A DNA stretch of 36,661 bases from an uncultured Dehalococcoidia bacterium. Its GTDB lineage: Bacteria > Chloroflexota > Dehalococcoidia > Bin125. The stretch covers positions 10,750 through 47,410 of the forward strand of contig CAZZMQ010000003.1 in NCBI GenBank assembly GCA_964655365.1, read 5' to 3'. The notes under the pieces are model-generated. The model was not told the DNA's origin. It searched no databases and saw only the letters and a program-made list of their open reading frames with translations. Below are positions 1-8,878 of this stretch, in pieces (positions within the stretch are counted from its first letter, which is position 1; each line of letters opens with the position of its first letter). The position numbers and the translations under genes were made by a program.

Positions 1-49
1 AAGCGTGCAGCGAAAGTCGAACGTGCGCCTTGTGGCGGATAAACAGATG

Positions 50-736
50 TCAGATGAGAGACGAACACTTTTTGTTCCGCGCGCGGTCGCAACCATTTTC
101 GCGCCCCCGCCCGGCCGCGCGGCCGCGCTCCCAACTGCGATATGCCAGCTCCGCGAGTAGAGCCGCCCGTCGCATGTTCGCTGCGCCGCCGGCCAGCGTC
201 CAGCCTAACCGCGACAGATGTGCCACCACGTCTTGGGGTAGTCGTTCCGCCTCTCCACAAAGAACTCCAGCCTCGCCCAATTCGTCCAGCCGTATCGCCA
301 AAACGCGCAGGCTAACGAGCATCGGCGGTGTCAGTTCTCGCCAGTGCGCCGCTGGTCCTTGGTAAATGGCCAGTGCCCATTGCCCGCGCCCGGCATCGTG
401 CAAAGCGATGATCGGACCCCGCGTGACCGCCTGTCCATATGCCTCGATCTCCAATCGCCCCACCCCAACAGCCGCAAGATCCAGAGCAGTGGCCAGCGCC
501 GCTGCAACCGCCATCCCGGCTCGGATACCGCCGTAGGCACCGGGACCAACGTCAACAAAAACGGCTTCCAACTGGGCCCGCTCGATCGCGGCGGCTTTAC
601 ACACGGTATCAATCATCGGAACGAGCGTCGGCGTGTGACGTCGGCCTGTAGGCCAGCTGATCTCGGCCAACACTCGCCCGCTATCGCTAACAGCCACGCT
701 CACCGACGGTCCCACGCTGTCGATTGCGAGTTCCAA
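50..736 (-). CDS. tsaB: tRNA threonylcarbamoyladenosine (t6A) biosynthesis protein TsaB (YeaZ family)
   Basis: The 228-aa ORF has the typical TsaB N-terminus (LAIDSVGPSVSVAV...) and the GPGAYGGIRAGMAVA motif. It starts at TTG, 5 nt downstream of the tsaE stop, which is the classic tsaE-tsaB pairing. Confidence 0.85.
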   Translation of the reverse strand: MELAIDSVGPSVSVAVSDSGRVLAEISWPTGRRHTPTLVPMIDTVCKAAAIERAQLEAVFVDVGPGAYGGIRAGMAVAAALATALDLAAVGVGRLEIEAYGQAVTRGPIIALHDAGRGQWALAIYQGPAAHWRELTPPMLVSLRVLAIRLDELGEAGVLCGEAERLPQDVVAHLSRLGWTLAGGAANMRRAALLAELAYRSWERGRAAGRGRENGCDRARNKKCSSLI

Positions 737-740
737 CGCG

Positions 741-1250
741 CTACTCGCGGGTTGCCCGCAGTGCGGTCAGTAGATCATCACTGCGAGAGCCTCTCGCTCC
801 CAGCCGAAGCTGACGCTCATTCGCACTCGGTCCGGGAATCATCTCGATACGCAGGTGGTCAGCGGGCAAATTGGCACCGGCACGCTCAGGCCATTCGACT
901 AGCAGCACCGATGCAGCCGCGATCTCGTCCAAGGCGAGCTCTTCGATCTCGTCCGCGCCTGTTAGCCGATACAGGTCAGCGTGCGCCAGGGGTACACGGC
1001 CATCGCCATATTCGTTGATCAGCACAAACGTGGGACTGTTGACGATCCCGGAGACGCCCAACCCCTTCGCAACCCCTTGGGCAAAGACCGTCTTCCCGGC
1101 ACCCAACTCGCCCGACAGCAGCAGCACGCAGCCGGTTGTCACGAGAACACCCAGCGCTTCGCCAAGCTGTCGGGTCTCATCAGGGCTGCCGCTCGCGAAC
1201 GAACAGGTCTCGCTCGTTAGGCGATCTCTCTTGGGCTGCGTCGTAGTCAT
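741..1250 (-). CDS. tsaE: tRNA t6A biosynthesis ATPase TsaE (YjeE)
   Basis: Walker A motif LSGELGAGKTVFAQG, followed by SPTFVLINEY and HADLYRL, all characteristic of TsaE. I trimmed the 302-aa ORF to the internal ATG at 1250 (MTTTQPK...). The upstream 133 codons are not TsaE-like and would run antisense across the divergent neighbour's start. Confidence 0.85.
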   Translation of the reverse strand: MTTTQPKRDRLTSETCSFASGSPDETRQLGEALGVLVTTGCVLLLSGELGAGKTVFAQGVAKGLGVSGIVNSPTFVLINEYGDGRVPLAHADLYRLTGADEIEELALDEIAAASVLLVEWPERAGANLPADHLRIEMIPGPSANERQLRLGARGSRSDDLLTALRATRE

Positions 1251-1331
1251 TGTCAGTCGAGTATACGCCCACCACGCTGCGAACCGACCGCGTAAAACTC
1301 CGATATATGCAGCACGGGTATCATCGCTGAC

Positions 1332-2348
1332 ATGCCTGATGAGATTTCGATCGCCTGCACACTTCCCATCTCCGCAGCAGCTCAAGAACGCATTCGCGCA
1401 GTCGACGATCGCATTCGTCTTCACGTCCTCAGCCGCGACGCGGCCCGCCGCCTCAACGACCGCCAGCGGGAGGTCGACGACCCTGCCGGTGCCGATAAAG
1501 AGATACAGGACGCGCTGGAGTCGGCGGAGATCTGGTTCGGCTTTTCCTGGCCCAACATGAACTTCCCCACAGCCGTAGGAAAACTGCGCTGGATCCAACT
1601 TGCGTCGGCCGGAGCCGAAGGGTTGCTCAATCAACAGCCACCCACGCATCTCCAGATGACCAACTCGTCCGGCCTAGCCGCCATGCCGATCGCCGAATGG
1701 GTGTTAACCTTCATGCTGATGCACGCCAAGCGGATGCCACTGGCGTTCGACCAACAGCGCAGCCGTACCTGGAAACGCTATAGCGTAACCACACTGCGCG
1801 AATCGACGGTCGCCGTGATCGGTTTAGGCGCGATCGGCAGAACAGTCGCACGACTCAGCCACGCTTTCGGGGCTCGCGTGATCGCCACGCGCCGCTCCGC
1901 CGAACCGGGTGGCACCGCGGAGTTCGTAGACACGCTGTTTCCAGCCGACGCCCTGCACGAGGTGCTAACGCAGGCGGACTATGTGGCGCTCTGCGTACCG
2001 GTCACTAACGAGACTCGCCACATGATCGGCGAAGCCGAACTAGCCGCGATGCATCCCAGCACCGTCTTGATCAACATCGCGCGCGGAACCATCGTCGATT
2101 GGGGAGCTATGTGCGAAGCTCTCCGCAACGGTAGCCTTGCCGCCGTCTACACCGACGTCAGCGATCCAGAGCCACTACCGCCGGACGACCTCTCCTGGCA
2201 AGTGCCAAATCTGTTCATCACGCCCCACAACAGCGGAAACCAGCCGGACTACGTCGACCGTGCAGCGGATCTGTTAATTGAGAACCTACAGCGCTACATC
2301 CGTGGAGAGATACTCGAGAACATCGTCGACCCGGAGCGCGGCTACTAG
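1332..2348 (+). CDS. NAD-dependent D-isomer-specific 2-hydroxyacid dehydrogenase family protein
   Basis: Rossmann motif VAVIGLGAIGRTVARL. Catalytic-domain motifs INIARG and TPHNSG (catalytic His). The 338-aa length is typical for the family. Confidence 0.85.
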   Translation: MPDEISIACTLPISAAAQERIRAVDDRIRLHVLSRDAARRLNDRQREVDDPAGADKEIQDALESAEIWFGFSWPNMNFPTAVGKLRWIQLASAGAEGLLNQQPPTHLQMTNSSGLAAMPIAEWVLTFMLMHAKRMPLAFDQQRSRTWKRYSVTTLRESTVAVIGLGAIGRTVARLSHAFGARVIATRRSAEPGGTAEFVDTLFPADALHEVLTQADYVALCVPVTNETRHMIGEAELAAMHPSTVLINIARGTIVDWGAMCEALRNGSLAAVYTDVSDPEPLPPDDLSWQVPNLFITPHNSGNQPDYVDRAADLLIENLQRYIRGEILENIVDPERGY

Positions 2349-2350
2349 CC

Positions 2351-5011
2351 CTACTTCTTATTGTTACGCCTTGGCTTCGAGGTGCTGCTGCCGTTCCTGG
2401 AGGCCCTCTTCACTCTGGTCTTCGAACCAGAGTTCTTGGCAGTCTTCTTAGCCCTACCACCGGCCTTGGTCGCCCTACGTTTCCCCGGCTCGAGCTTCGC
2501 CGTCGAGCCGCCGTTGACGGATGTTTTCGCTGCCTCGGTCTCCATCTCTTCCAGCCCTAGCTTCTCACCGAAAGACCGACCCATGTCAACGACGGCCACC
2601 GCAGCCACGCGATCATCGTCAGTAGACATCACGGTCACACCCTGCGTGGAACGACCCACAGCCGCAATCGACTGCACTGTGGTGCGGAGGAACTTACCTC
2701 CCTCTGCAATCAAGACCAACTCTTCGGTGCCATCCACCTGTCTCAAGGCCACGACGGGGCCCGTCCTGTCGGTCACTTTGTGGGCGATCATACCTTTGCC
2801 CGCACGACCCTTCTGTGGGTACTCCGCCTCCGGGGTTCGTTTACCAAAGCCACGCGCCGTGACGGTCAAGAACTGCGTCCCCTCTCGAATCGCCTCAAGT
2901 CCAATCAACACGTTGTCGTTCGGCACCCGGATCGCACGCACACCCCCGCTGGATCGAGAGGCAGAGCGCAGCGAATCGACGGGAAAGCGAACGGCCAATC
3001 CAGCATCAGTCATGACGATCACGTCTTCTCCGTCATGCGCATAGGCGGCGCGAACAAGCCGATCGCCGTTTTTGATATTGAAGGCGATCAGTCCTGCTCT
3101 CCGTACGCTGGCAAAGTCGGAAAGCGGCGTCTTCTTAATTTGGCCATCGCGCGTAGCGAGCAAGATGTAATCGTGCTCGAAGTCGGTCGCCGGCACGATC
3201 GTAGTAACAGCTTCATCGGCGTCGATTTGGATCAGGTTGCGCAGAGGCAAGCCGCGGGCTTCGCGTGCGCGCTCCTCCACCTCATGCGCCTTGAGCGAAA
3301 AAACCCGACCTTTGTCCGTGAACATCAGCAAATGGTCGTGCGTATCGGCAACCAGCAGGTGCGCAACGACATCCTCGTCCCGCGTCTGCATCCCCTTCAC
3401 ACCTTTGCCGCCGCGATGCTGAGAACGGTAAGTCTCTAGTGGCACGCGCTTGATGTAGCCATCGTTGCTGACGGAAACGACACAGGCCTGGTGTGCGATC
3501 AGGTCCTCCGTGTTGAAGTCCTCGACATCCTGCGCGACGATCGCGGTTAAGCGCGCGCCAGCATACAGTTCAGTTAGCTCGGAGACGTCGCCCCCGATCA
3601 GCGCATCGACCTTCTTCTCATCGGCTAACAGGCCTTCGAGATACTCGATCGTCTCCGAGAGGTCTTGGAACTCTTCTTCCAGCTTAGTCCGCTCAAGCGC
3701 CGCCAGCCGCCGCAGCTGCATGTCGAGCACCGCCTGGGCCTGACGCTCGCTGAGGTTGAACGGACGACCCTGTAAAGCTTGTTTGGCGGCGTCTGCAGAA
3801 TCCGCCTCTCGGATCTTCTTGATGATGCTATCGATCTTTCCGATCGCCGAGAGCAGCCCTTCGACTATATGAAACCTGTCGCGCGCGCGCGCGAGGTCGA
3901 ACTCCGAACGTCGTCGGATAATGTCGCGGCGGTGGTTGATATAACACTCCAGCGCCAGTTTGAGCGGGATGCGACGCGGACGGTCTTCGATCAGCGCCAC
4001 CATATTGGCGCTGAAGGTCGTCTGGAGCGGCGTCATCTTCCAGAGGTGTGCGAGAGTCAGCTGGACGTTTCCATCGCGCTTGAGTTCTACTACGACGCGC
4101 AATCCGTGGCGATCCGACTCATCACGCAGATCGGCAATCCCCTCCAAACGTTTGTCACGCACTAAGTGTGCAATCTGCTCTACCAGCGCGGCCTTGTTAA
4201 GCTGGTAGGGCAGCTCCGTAAACACGATCTGCATCCGCCCGCCACGCGCCGTCTCCTCCACGTGGTGCACGGCTCGCATCACGAAGCGGCCGCGGCCTGT
4301 CGCCCAAAGATCCCGTAGCATATGCCGGTCGCGACCCGCAAAGACCACGGCGCCGGACGGAAACTCCGGTCCTTGCACGACGTTCATCAACTCATCGACG
4401 TCGGCCTCGGGGTTGTCCAACAGTAGTTTGACGGCGTCCGCGATCTCACCGAGGTGATGCGGCGGCATGTTCGTCGCCATCCCAACCGCGATCCCCGTCG
4501 ATCCGTTCACAAGCAGGTTCGGCATCCGGCCCGGCAAAACTGTCGGTTCGTTGAGGCTGTCATCATAGTTCGGACGAAAGTCGACCGTCTGTTTGTCGAG
4601 ATCGGCCAGCATCTCTTCGGCATGCGAGCTAAGCCGTGCTTCGGTATAGCGCATGGCCGCAGGCGGGTCGTTGTCAATTGAGCCAAAGTTGCCCTGCCCG
4701 TCGACAAGCGGATAGCGCAAGCTGAAGTCCTGCGCCATGCGCACCATCGCCTCATAGACTGGCGTGTCGGAATGGGGATGGTATTTTCCCAACACCTCAC
4801 CTACCACCGTCGCACTCTTCTTGTGGCGTCCGTTGGCACGCAGTGACAGATCGTCCATGGCATAGAGGATGCGGCGCTGTACAGGCTTGAGCCCATCGCG
4901 GATGTCCGGCAAAGCGCGCTGGACGATCACGCTCATGGCGTAATCGAGATAGGACATACGCATCTCATCGACAATACGTCGAGGACGGATATTCTGCGCA
5001 TCAGTGACCAT
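2351..5011 (-). CDS. gyrA: DNA gyrase subunit A
   Basis: N-terminal motifs [20 protein letters not shown] and [28 protein letters not shown]. Active-site region [11 protein letters not shown]-terminal beta-pinwheel repeats. An unusual Lys/Arg-rich tail ends the protein. Confidence 0.97.
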   Translation of the reverse strand: MVTDAQNIRPRRIVDEMRMSYLDYAMSVIVQRALPDIRDGLKPVQRRILYAMDDLSLRANGRHKKSATVVGEVLGKYHPHSDTPVYEAMVRMAQDFSLRYPLVDGQGNFGSIDNDPPAAMRYTEARLSSHAEEMLADLDKQTVDFRPNYDDSLNEPTVLPGRMPNLLVNGSTGIAVGMATNMPPHHLGEIADAVKLLLDNPEADVDELMNVVQGPEFPSGAVVFAGRDRHMLRDLWATGRGRFVMRAVHHVEETARGGRMQIVFTELPYQLNKAALVEQIAHLVRDKRLEGIADLRDESDRHGLRVVVELKRDGNVQLTLAHLWKMTPLQTTFSANMVALIEDRPRRIPLKLALECYINHRRDIIRRRSEFDLARARDRFHIVEGLLSAIGKIDSIIKKIREADSADAAKQALQGRPFNLSERQAQAVLDMQLRRLAALERTKLEEEFQDLSETIEYLEGLLADEKKVDALIGGDVSELTELYAGARLTAIVAQDVEDFNTEDLIAHQACVVSVSNDGYIKRVPLETYRSQHRGGKGVKGMQTRDEDVVAHLLVADTHDHLLMFTDKGRVFSLKAHEVEERAREARGLPLRNLIQIDADEAVTTIVPATDFEHDYILLATRDGQIKKTPLSDFASVRRAGLIAFNIKNGDRLVRAAYAHDGEDVIVMTDAGLAVRFPVDSLRSASRSSGGVRAIRVPNDNVLIGLEAIREGTQFLTVTARGFGKRTPEAEYPQKGRAGKGMIAHKVTDRTGPVVALRQVDGTEELVLIAEGGKFLRTTVQSIAAVGRSTQGVTVMSTDDDRVAAVAVVDMGRSFGEKLGLEEMETEAAKTSVNGGSTAKLEPGKRRATKAGGRAKKTAKNSGSKTRVKRASRNGSSTSKPRRNNKK

Positions 5012-5173
5012 TGGACCTGGTGCCCTTCAGCCGACTTGACTCCTCTGAAGAAAACCGCTTTTCGCGGTCTTAGCATCCCGGAAGGCGGGGGAGTCAACTG
5101 AGCCGGACGAACCGCGTCAAGCCTTGACCTCAGCCCATCCCTACGGTCTGCTCCACGCCATCGGTGCCAGTAT

Positions 5174-5182
5174 ATTCTACCA
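5174..5182 (-). promoter_or_regulatory. Candidate extended -10 element (TGgTAGAAT) for gyrA, about 160 nt upstream of the start codon
   Basis: The reverse complement of 5174-5182 reads TGGTAGAAT. It lies in the 230-bp gap between the upstream gene's stop (5242) and the gyrA ATG (5011). Motif match only. Confidence 0.25.
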
Positions 5183-5241
5183 GTTCGATCCAGTCAGATC
5201 GCGGGCTTCCCTATCAGATCTTGCAGCTTGTTCCACCTGTT

Positions 5242-6165
5242 TTATCCGGCCTTCATGGCCTCGGCAAAACCCTCAACCCCGCGCTCCACCACGGACCACC
5301 AGGCAGGCAACGGCAGTGGTTGACGGTAGCGCTCCAGCAGTACGCGCAGGTCACGTCGGTGGGACTCGGGTAGATGGCAGCCGTCCCAGGTCAGCGTCTC
5401 ACCACGCACCGTCAGCATCCGCTGGACCGCATCCTGCAGCACCGTTAGCTCCGGCACGCCACGCGCCTCGCCGCTATAGCCTTCCGGCGGATTACCCGCA
5501 TAAAGCAGCGGCGCTAACTCCTCGCCAGGCCAGGCAAGCAAGGCCTCGTAGCACCAAGCATAAACACGGGCGGGGCCTTCGGCGACTCCGTGCATCGCCA
5601 CGGCGGAGGCACCAGCGGCGTCCAATCCGCACTCAACGAGACGGTAGCCCGACCCCTCGGTACGAGCGACCGCCGCGAGCTGCTCCGTAGTCAACCACTG
5701 TAGCCATGTGTGTGTCAGCGCTTCCTGATCTGGGCACACGGTCACTGGCACATAGCCCTTGCGCGAGTAGCCAGCACAATAGGCAATGCGCAGACCACGC
5801 GCGCTGCAACCCATGACAATCACGCTGTCATCCTGGATCCGCTCGCCCTTGCCAAGCCCCTCGAATTTATCGAGCAACTGCCGCGGATAACCATTCGAAC
5901 CAACAGCCAGCACGGGAATACGCTGATCGAGCGGTGCTCCTCCAACTCGTTCGAGCGCCTCCACCAAAGACACAACCCTGTCGCCAAGATCGACAGGAAC
6001 CTCATCCAAGCTAGCAACAGTCTCGCGTTGCGGCTGGATATCGTAGAGCAGCCCGTGGCGATAAAGGTAGGGGCGGCGCTCTGCGGCCGGACGCGGGTCC
6101 GGATATCGGCAAGGCTCGTCACTGAGCGAGAAAAGGTCGCGTGCTTCGCGCGGCTCAGGCACCAC
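5242..6165 (-). CDS. Hypothetical protein, 307 aa, family not recognised (possible gamma-glutamylcyclotransferase/AIG2-like core)
   Basis: Balanced, protein-like composition. A strong GGGAGG Shine-Dalgarno sits just upstream of the GTG start at 6165. The segment IPVLAVGSNGYPRQLL resembles the YGSN motif of GGCT-fold proteins, but the match is weak. The overlapping plus-strand ORF (5124-5690) is Arg/Pro/Ala junk. Confidence 0.6.
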   Translation of the reverse strand: MVPEPREARDLFSLSDEPCRYPDPRPAAERRPYLYRHGLLYDIQPQRETVASLDEVPVDLGDRVVSLVEALERVGGAPLDQRIPVLAVGSNGYPRQLLDKFEGLGKGERIQDDSVIVMGCSARGLRIAYCAGYSRKGYVPVTVCPDQEALTHTWLQWLTTEQLAAVARTEGSGYRLVECGLDAAGASAVAMHGVAEGPARVYAWCYEALLAWPGEELAPLLYAGNPPEGYSGEARGVPELTVLQDAVQRMLTVRGETLTWDGCHLPESHRRDLRVLLERYRQPLPLPAWWSVVERGVEGFAEAMKAG

Positions 6166-6287
6166 TCACCTCCCGCGGTTCCAGTAGCAGAGTGGCCGCT
6201 CGTTGCGTACAGCGTGGCTGTTCGCAACCGCGGCAAGGAGTACGCTGCGCCCCGCTTGATACGGTCAGCTTCGAAAGGGAACTCGCC

Positions 6288-7283
6288 ATGATGCGCTACC
6301 GAAAGTTCGGCAGCAGCGAGCTAATGGTCTCCGAGATCGGAGTGGGCGGCGGGGGGCTGGGCCATGTCTGGGGCCCCACGAGCAACGAAGCCGTGCACGA
6401 GGCGATCCGTTTCGCACTCGACACGGGGATCAATTTCTTCGACGTCGCACCCGGCTACGGGTCCGGACTCGCCGAGAAGAACCTCGGAATCGCCCTTGGC
6501 CCGAACCGGCCACAGGCTGTAATCGCCACAAAGGTGCGGCTCACAAAGGACGATCTCGACGACATCCCCGGCGCGATCGAGCGATCGCTCGTTGCCAGCC
6601 TCGAACGACTACAGACAGAACAAGTCGACCTCTTTCAACTCCACAACCGCGTCACCCAAGGCGACAATGCCTCAGACGGCTCGATCGGGCTCTATGACGT
6701 CCTGCGATCCGGCGGCGTCGTAGAGACGCTACACCGGCTCAAGGCCAGCGAGCAGACGAGGCTGATCGGATTCACCGGTATCGGTGATAGCCTGGCCGTG
6801 CGCGAGGTGATGCAGAACGCGGCGCTGGATAGCGTGCAGGTCTACTACAACCTGCTCAATACCAGCGCGGCCACTCCGCTGATCGACGGCTCAACACTCT
6901 GGGATCACGGGCAGATCCTGCCGCTGGCGGCGGAGTTGGGCATGGCCGCCATCGGGATTCGAAATCTGGCCGCCGGGGTTCTCTCGGAGGGCGTCGATCG
7001 TCTTTTCGACGGCGATTCGCTCGTCGTGCGCGTCCGCCTGCGTGCGACGAGGCTCGACTTTCTCAAAGTGGACGGTACGCCACTCTCGCAAACTGCTACC
7101 CGCTTCGTGCTCGATCACCATGCCATCACCAGCGTGATCCCCGGCGTCAAAAACCAGGCCGAAGTCGCCGACGCCATAGCTAGCATCGATTTACCTCCTA
7201 TCGACCCTATGCGGCGTAACCAGTTGGCGGATCTTGCCACAACCGACTTCGGCGTTGACGAACCAGCTGGCAGCATGCTGTAG
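6288..7283 (+). CDS. Aldo/keto reductase family oxidoreductase
   Basis: MMRYRKFGSSELMVSEIGVGGG... is a typical AKR N-terminus, followed by FFDVAPGYG and the LFQLHN motif. I chose the ATG at 6288, which is preceded by GAAAGGGA. The longer 6141 start adds an Arg/Ser-rich, non-homologous extension. Confidence 0.9.
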   Translation: MMRYRKFGSSELMVSEIGVGGGGLGHVWGPTSNEAVHEAIRFALDTGINFFDVAPGYGSGLAEKNLGIALGPNRPQAVIATKVRLTKDDLDDIPGAIERSLVASLERLQTEQVDLFQLHNRVTQGDNASDGSIGLYDVLRSGGVVETLHRLKASEQTRLIGFTGIGDSLAVREVMQNAALDSVQVYYNLLNTSAATPLIDGSTLWDHGQILPLAAELGMAAIGIRNLAAGVLSEGVDRLFDGDSLVVRVRLRATRLDFLKVDGTPLSQTATRFVLDHHAITSVIPGVKNQAEVADAIASIDLPPIDPMRRNQLADLATTDFGVDEPAGSML

Positions 7284-8116
7284 CGTGCCTCGCGGGCTCG
7301 GCCTACCAAGACATGAGGACAACCAACCTCTCACGTCAGGAGTCCCCACCTCAACTACCATCCGCCTCCGCTCGAAGATGGATCGAGACGATGTGCGCAT
7401 GGATATACCTGAGCTGACCCAAAATATTGCGGCAATTCGGCGTCAATATCTCGATCGCTGGTTTTACCTGGGCCGAGTTCAGCACAGGCGATCCATCACC
7501 GCGGCATCAATTCTAGGTTGGCTAATAGCAGCCCGCCCACGCCTCGATTTCGCGGGACCAACCCGTAGTTACTCGGCGCTGACACTTTCCTGCAGGAATA
7601 TGCAGAAGCCTTCGCAAAGCAACTCAGCGAAAGACGCAAAACCACCCTGAGAGCATCAAGGAACGCATGCTGTTAGACACTCTGGTCATGCCGGAAAACT
7701 GGGTTCGAAGGCTATGAGCTGAGCTGCGGCCACAAAGAGAACGACGGCCTCACAACCACGTACCACCTCACATTGCAGCAGCGACTTAAAAAGATAGCCG
7801 ACTCTTTACATCGTACGAATTTAAGCGCTGCTAGGGCGGCCATCGGGTCCAACAGCCTTGTGGCTTGGGACGGATCTGTGCCTTTGCCGGTAACCCCGAT
7901 CTCCCGGTGGAGAACGGACATTTGGCGCTAATCCCGCAACGTGGTGACGAAGTGACCCTAATAACGAACCAGGTCTCCATCTGAATCTCTTGAGACTGAA
8001 TATCTATCGGAGTAGGCAGTAGGACGTTCATCACTGTGGAACGATTCAGTTAGCTGTAGAAAGACCACCAACTCATGCAACATCCATCATCCGAACTCAT
8101 ACGAACTCGTACGCAT

Positions 8117-8144
8117 TTGTTCGTACTGCGAGCGAGGCTATTCT
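8117..8144 (+). promoter_or_regulatory. Candidate sigma-70-like promoter of rex (TTGTTC, 16 nt, TATTCT), overlapped by a 7-bp inverted repeat
   Basis: -35-like TTGTTC at 8117-8122 and -10-like TATTCT at 8139-8144, about 45 nt upstream of the rex ATG. Motif-level evidence only. Confidence 0.3.
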
Positions 8145-8186
8145 GAACTGAATCTTACCCACACAAGCTGGAGGGTGATCGGCGAG

Positions 8187-8843
8187 ATGAACGGGTCTGA
8201 AATTCCCAACGTCGTGATTCACCGCTTGCCGATGTACGCGCGTGCTCTGACCCTGCTGCAGGCGGAAGGACGCGACGTCATCAGCTCGCTTGAACTCGGA
8301 CAAGAACTCGGCGTAACCCCGGCCCAGATCCGGAAGGATCTCTCCTACTTCGGGCGCTTCGGCAAGCAAGGGCGCGGCTATAACGTCCAGCAGCTGATTG
8401 ACCGGCTTCGCTCAATTCTCGGTCTAGACCGGGAGTGGCGCTTGGCCTTGGTTGGCGTGGGCCGACTTGGTCAGGCCATCTTGGGCTACGGCGGCTTCAG
8501 CCCACAGGGGTTCAAAGTCATCCGCGCGTTCGATTCAGACCCCAATCGGATAGGGCAGATGCTGGACGGCGTGCGAGTAGAGAGCGTGACGAACCTCGAA
8601 CAGTCCCTACGCCAGACCTCAGTCGATATCGGGATCGTGGCGGTCCCGGCCACCTCCGCACAGCATGTAATCGACGTCCTCGTCGCAAGCGGTGTTCATT
8701 CGATCCTGAACTACGCGCCGATCGTCAATCGTGCCCCAAGCGGAGTCCATCTGCGACAGATCGATCCTGTGCTGGAGTTGCAAAGCATGACCTACTACCT
8801 CAAACAGCACGAGGGTGAGACGGATACCTCTACCCCTGATTAG
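8187..8843 (+). CDS. rex: Redox-sensing transcriptional repressor Rex
   Basis: IHRLPMYARALTLL, ISSLELGQELGVTPAQIRKDLSYFGRFGKQGRGYNV (winged helix), and the Rossmann motif LALVGVGRLGQAIL. The start is ambiguous between GTG at 8175 and ATG at 8187. GGAGGG lies at 8170-8175. Confidence 0.9.
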   Translation: MNGSEIPNVVIHRLPMYARALTLLQAEGRDVISSLELGQELGVTPAQIRKDLSYFGRFGKQGRGYNVQQLIDRLRSILGLDREWRLALVGVGRLGQAILGYGGFSPQGFKVIRAFDSDPNRIGQMLDGVRVESVTNLEQSLRQTSVDIGIVAVPATSAQHVIDVLVASGVHSILNYAPIVNRAPSGVHLRQIDPVLELQSMTYYLKQHEGETDTSTPD

Positions 8844-8878
8844 GGGCAGCCCGCCCAAGGCTCTCGCGGCACAACCGC

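Noticed and set aside
344-1560. Long plus-strand ORFs (344-1018, 439-651, 871-1560, 981-1220) antisense to tsaB and tsaE
   Set aside because: They are Arg/Pro/Ser/Ala-rich shadow ORFs, typical of the antisense strand of GC-rich genes. The minus-strand products carry unmistakable TsaB and TsaE motifs.
741-1649. Maximal ORF extents for tsaE (302 aa), the AKR gene (6141 start), atpB (19684 start) and DUF951 (23052 start)
   Set aside because: The N-terminal extensions lack homology, overlap neighbouring genes or promoters, and internal starts have better Shine-Dalgarno sequences. I used the trimmed coordinates.
2346-2353. Convergent stop codons of the dehydrogenase gene and gyrA, only 2 bp apart, with no room for terminators
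   Set aside because: This is real but commonplace in compact genomes, and I see no specific functional implication in the sequence.
5124-5690. 188-aa plus-strand ORF overlapping the 5242-6165 gene
   Set aside because: The product is extremely Arg/Pro/Ala-rich (PRAPPRTTRQ..., RRRHQRRPIRTQR...). The minus-strand frame has protein-like composition and a strong ribosome-binding site.
7378-7650. Possible 90-aa protein (MDRDDVRMDIPELTQ...) downstream of the AKR gene
   Set aside because: It has no ribosome-binding site or family match, and its third-position GC is mixed, unlike neighbouring genes. I kept it only as part of the unexplained low-GC spacer finding.
7640-7710. TPP-riboswitch-like fragments (CTGAGA ... 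CTGGTCATGCCGG)
   Set aside because: The obligatory GGGGTGC/ACCC P2 pairing and the ACCTGATCTGG core are missing, and the downstream gene (rex) has no link to thiamine.
7905-7980. tRNA-like or tmRNA-like element on the minus strand: GGAGACCTGGTTCG... resembling a tmRNA 5' end, and a 7-bp acceptor-like pairing with ...GTTCTCC-ACC about 70 nt later
   Set aside because: There is no T-arm (GGTTCGAnTCC-type) or D-arm, and the acceptor pairing has a mismatch. The nearby ...LAAL... reading does not end in a stop codon as a tag ORF would. An Infernal scan would be decisive.
8043-8154. 9-bp long-range inverted repeat, GATTCAGTT (8043-8051) and AACTGAATC (8146-8154)
   Set aside because: Across an 890-bp region, roughly one 9-bp inverted match is expected by chance, and nothing else supports a structure.
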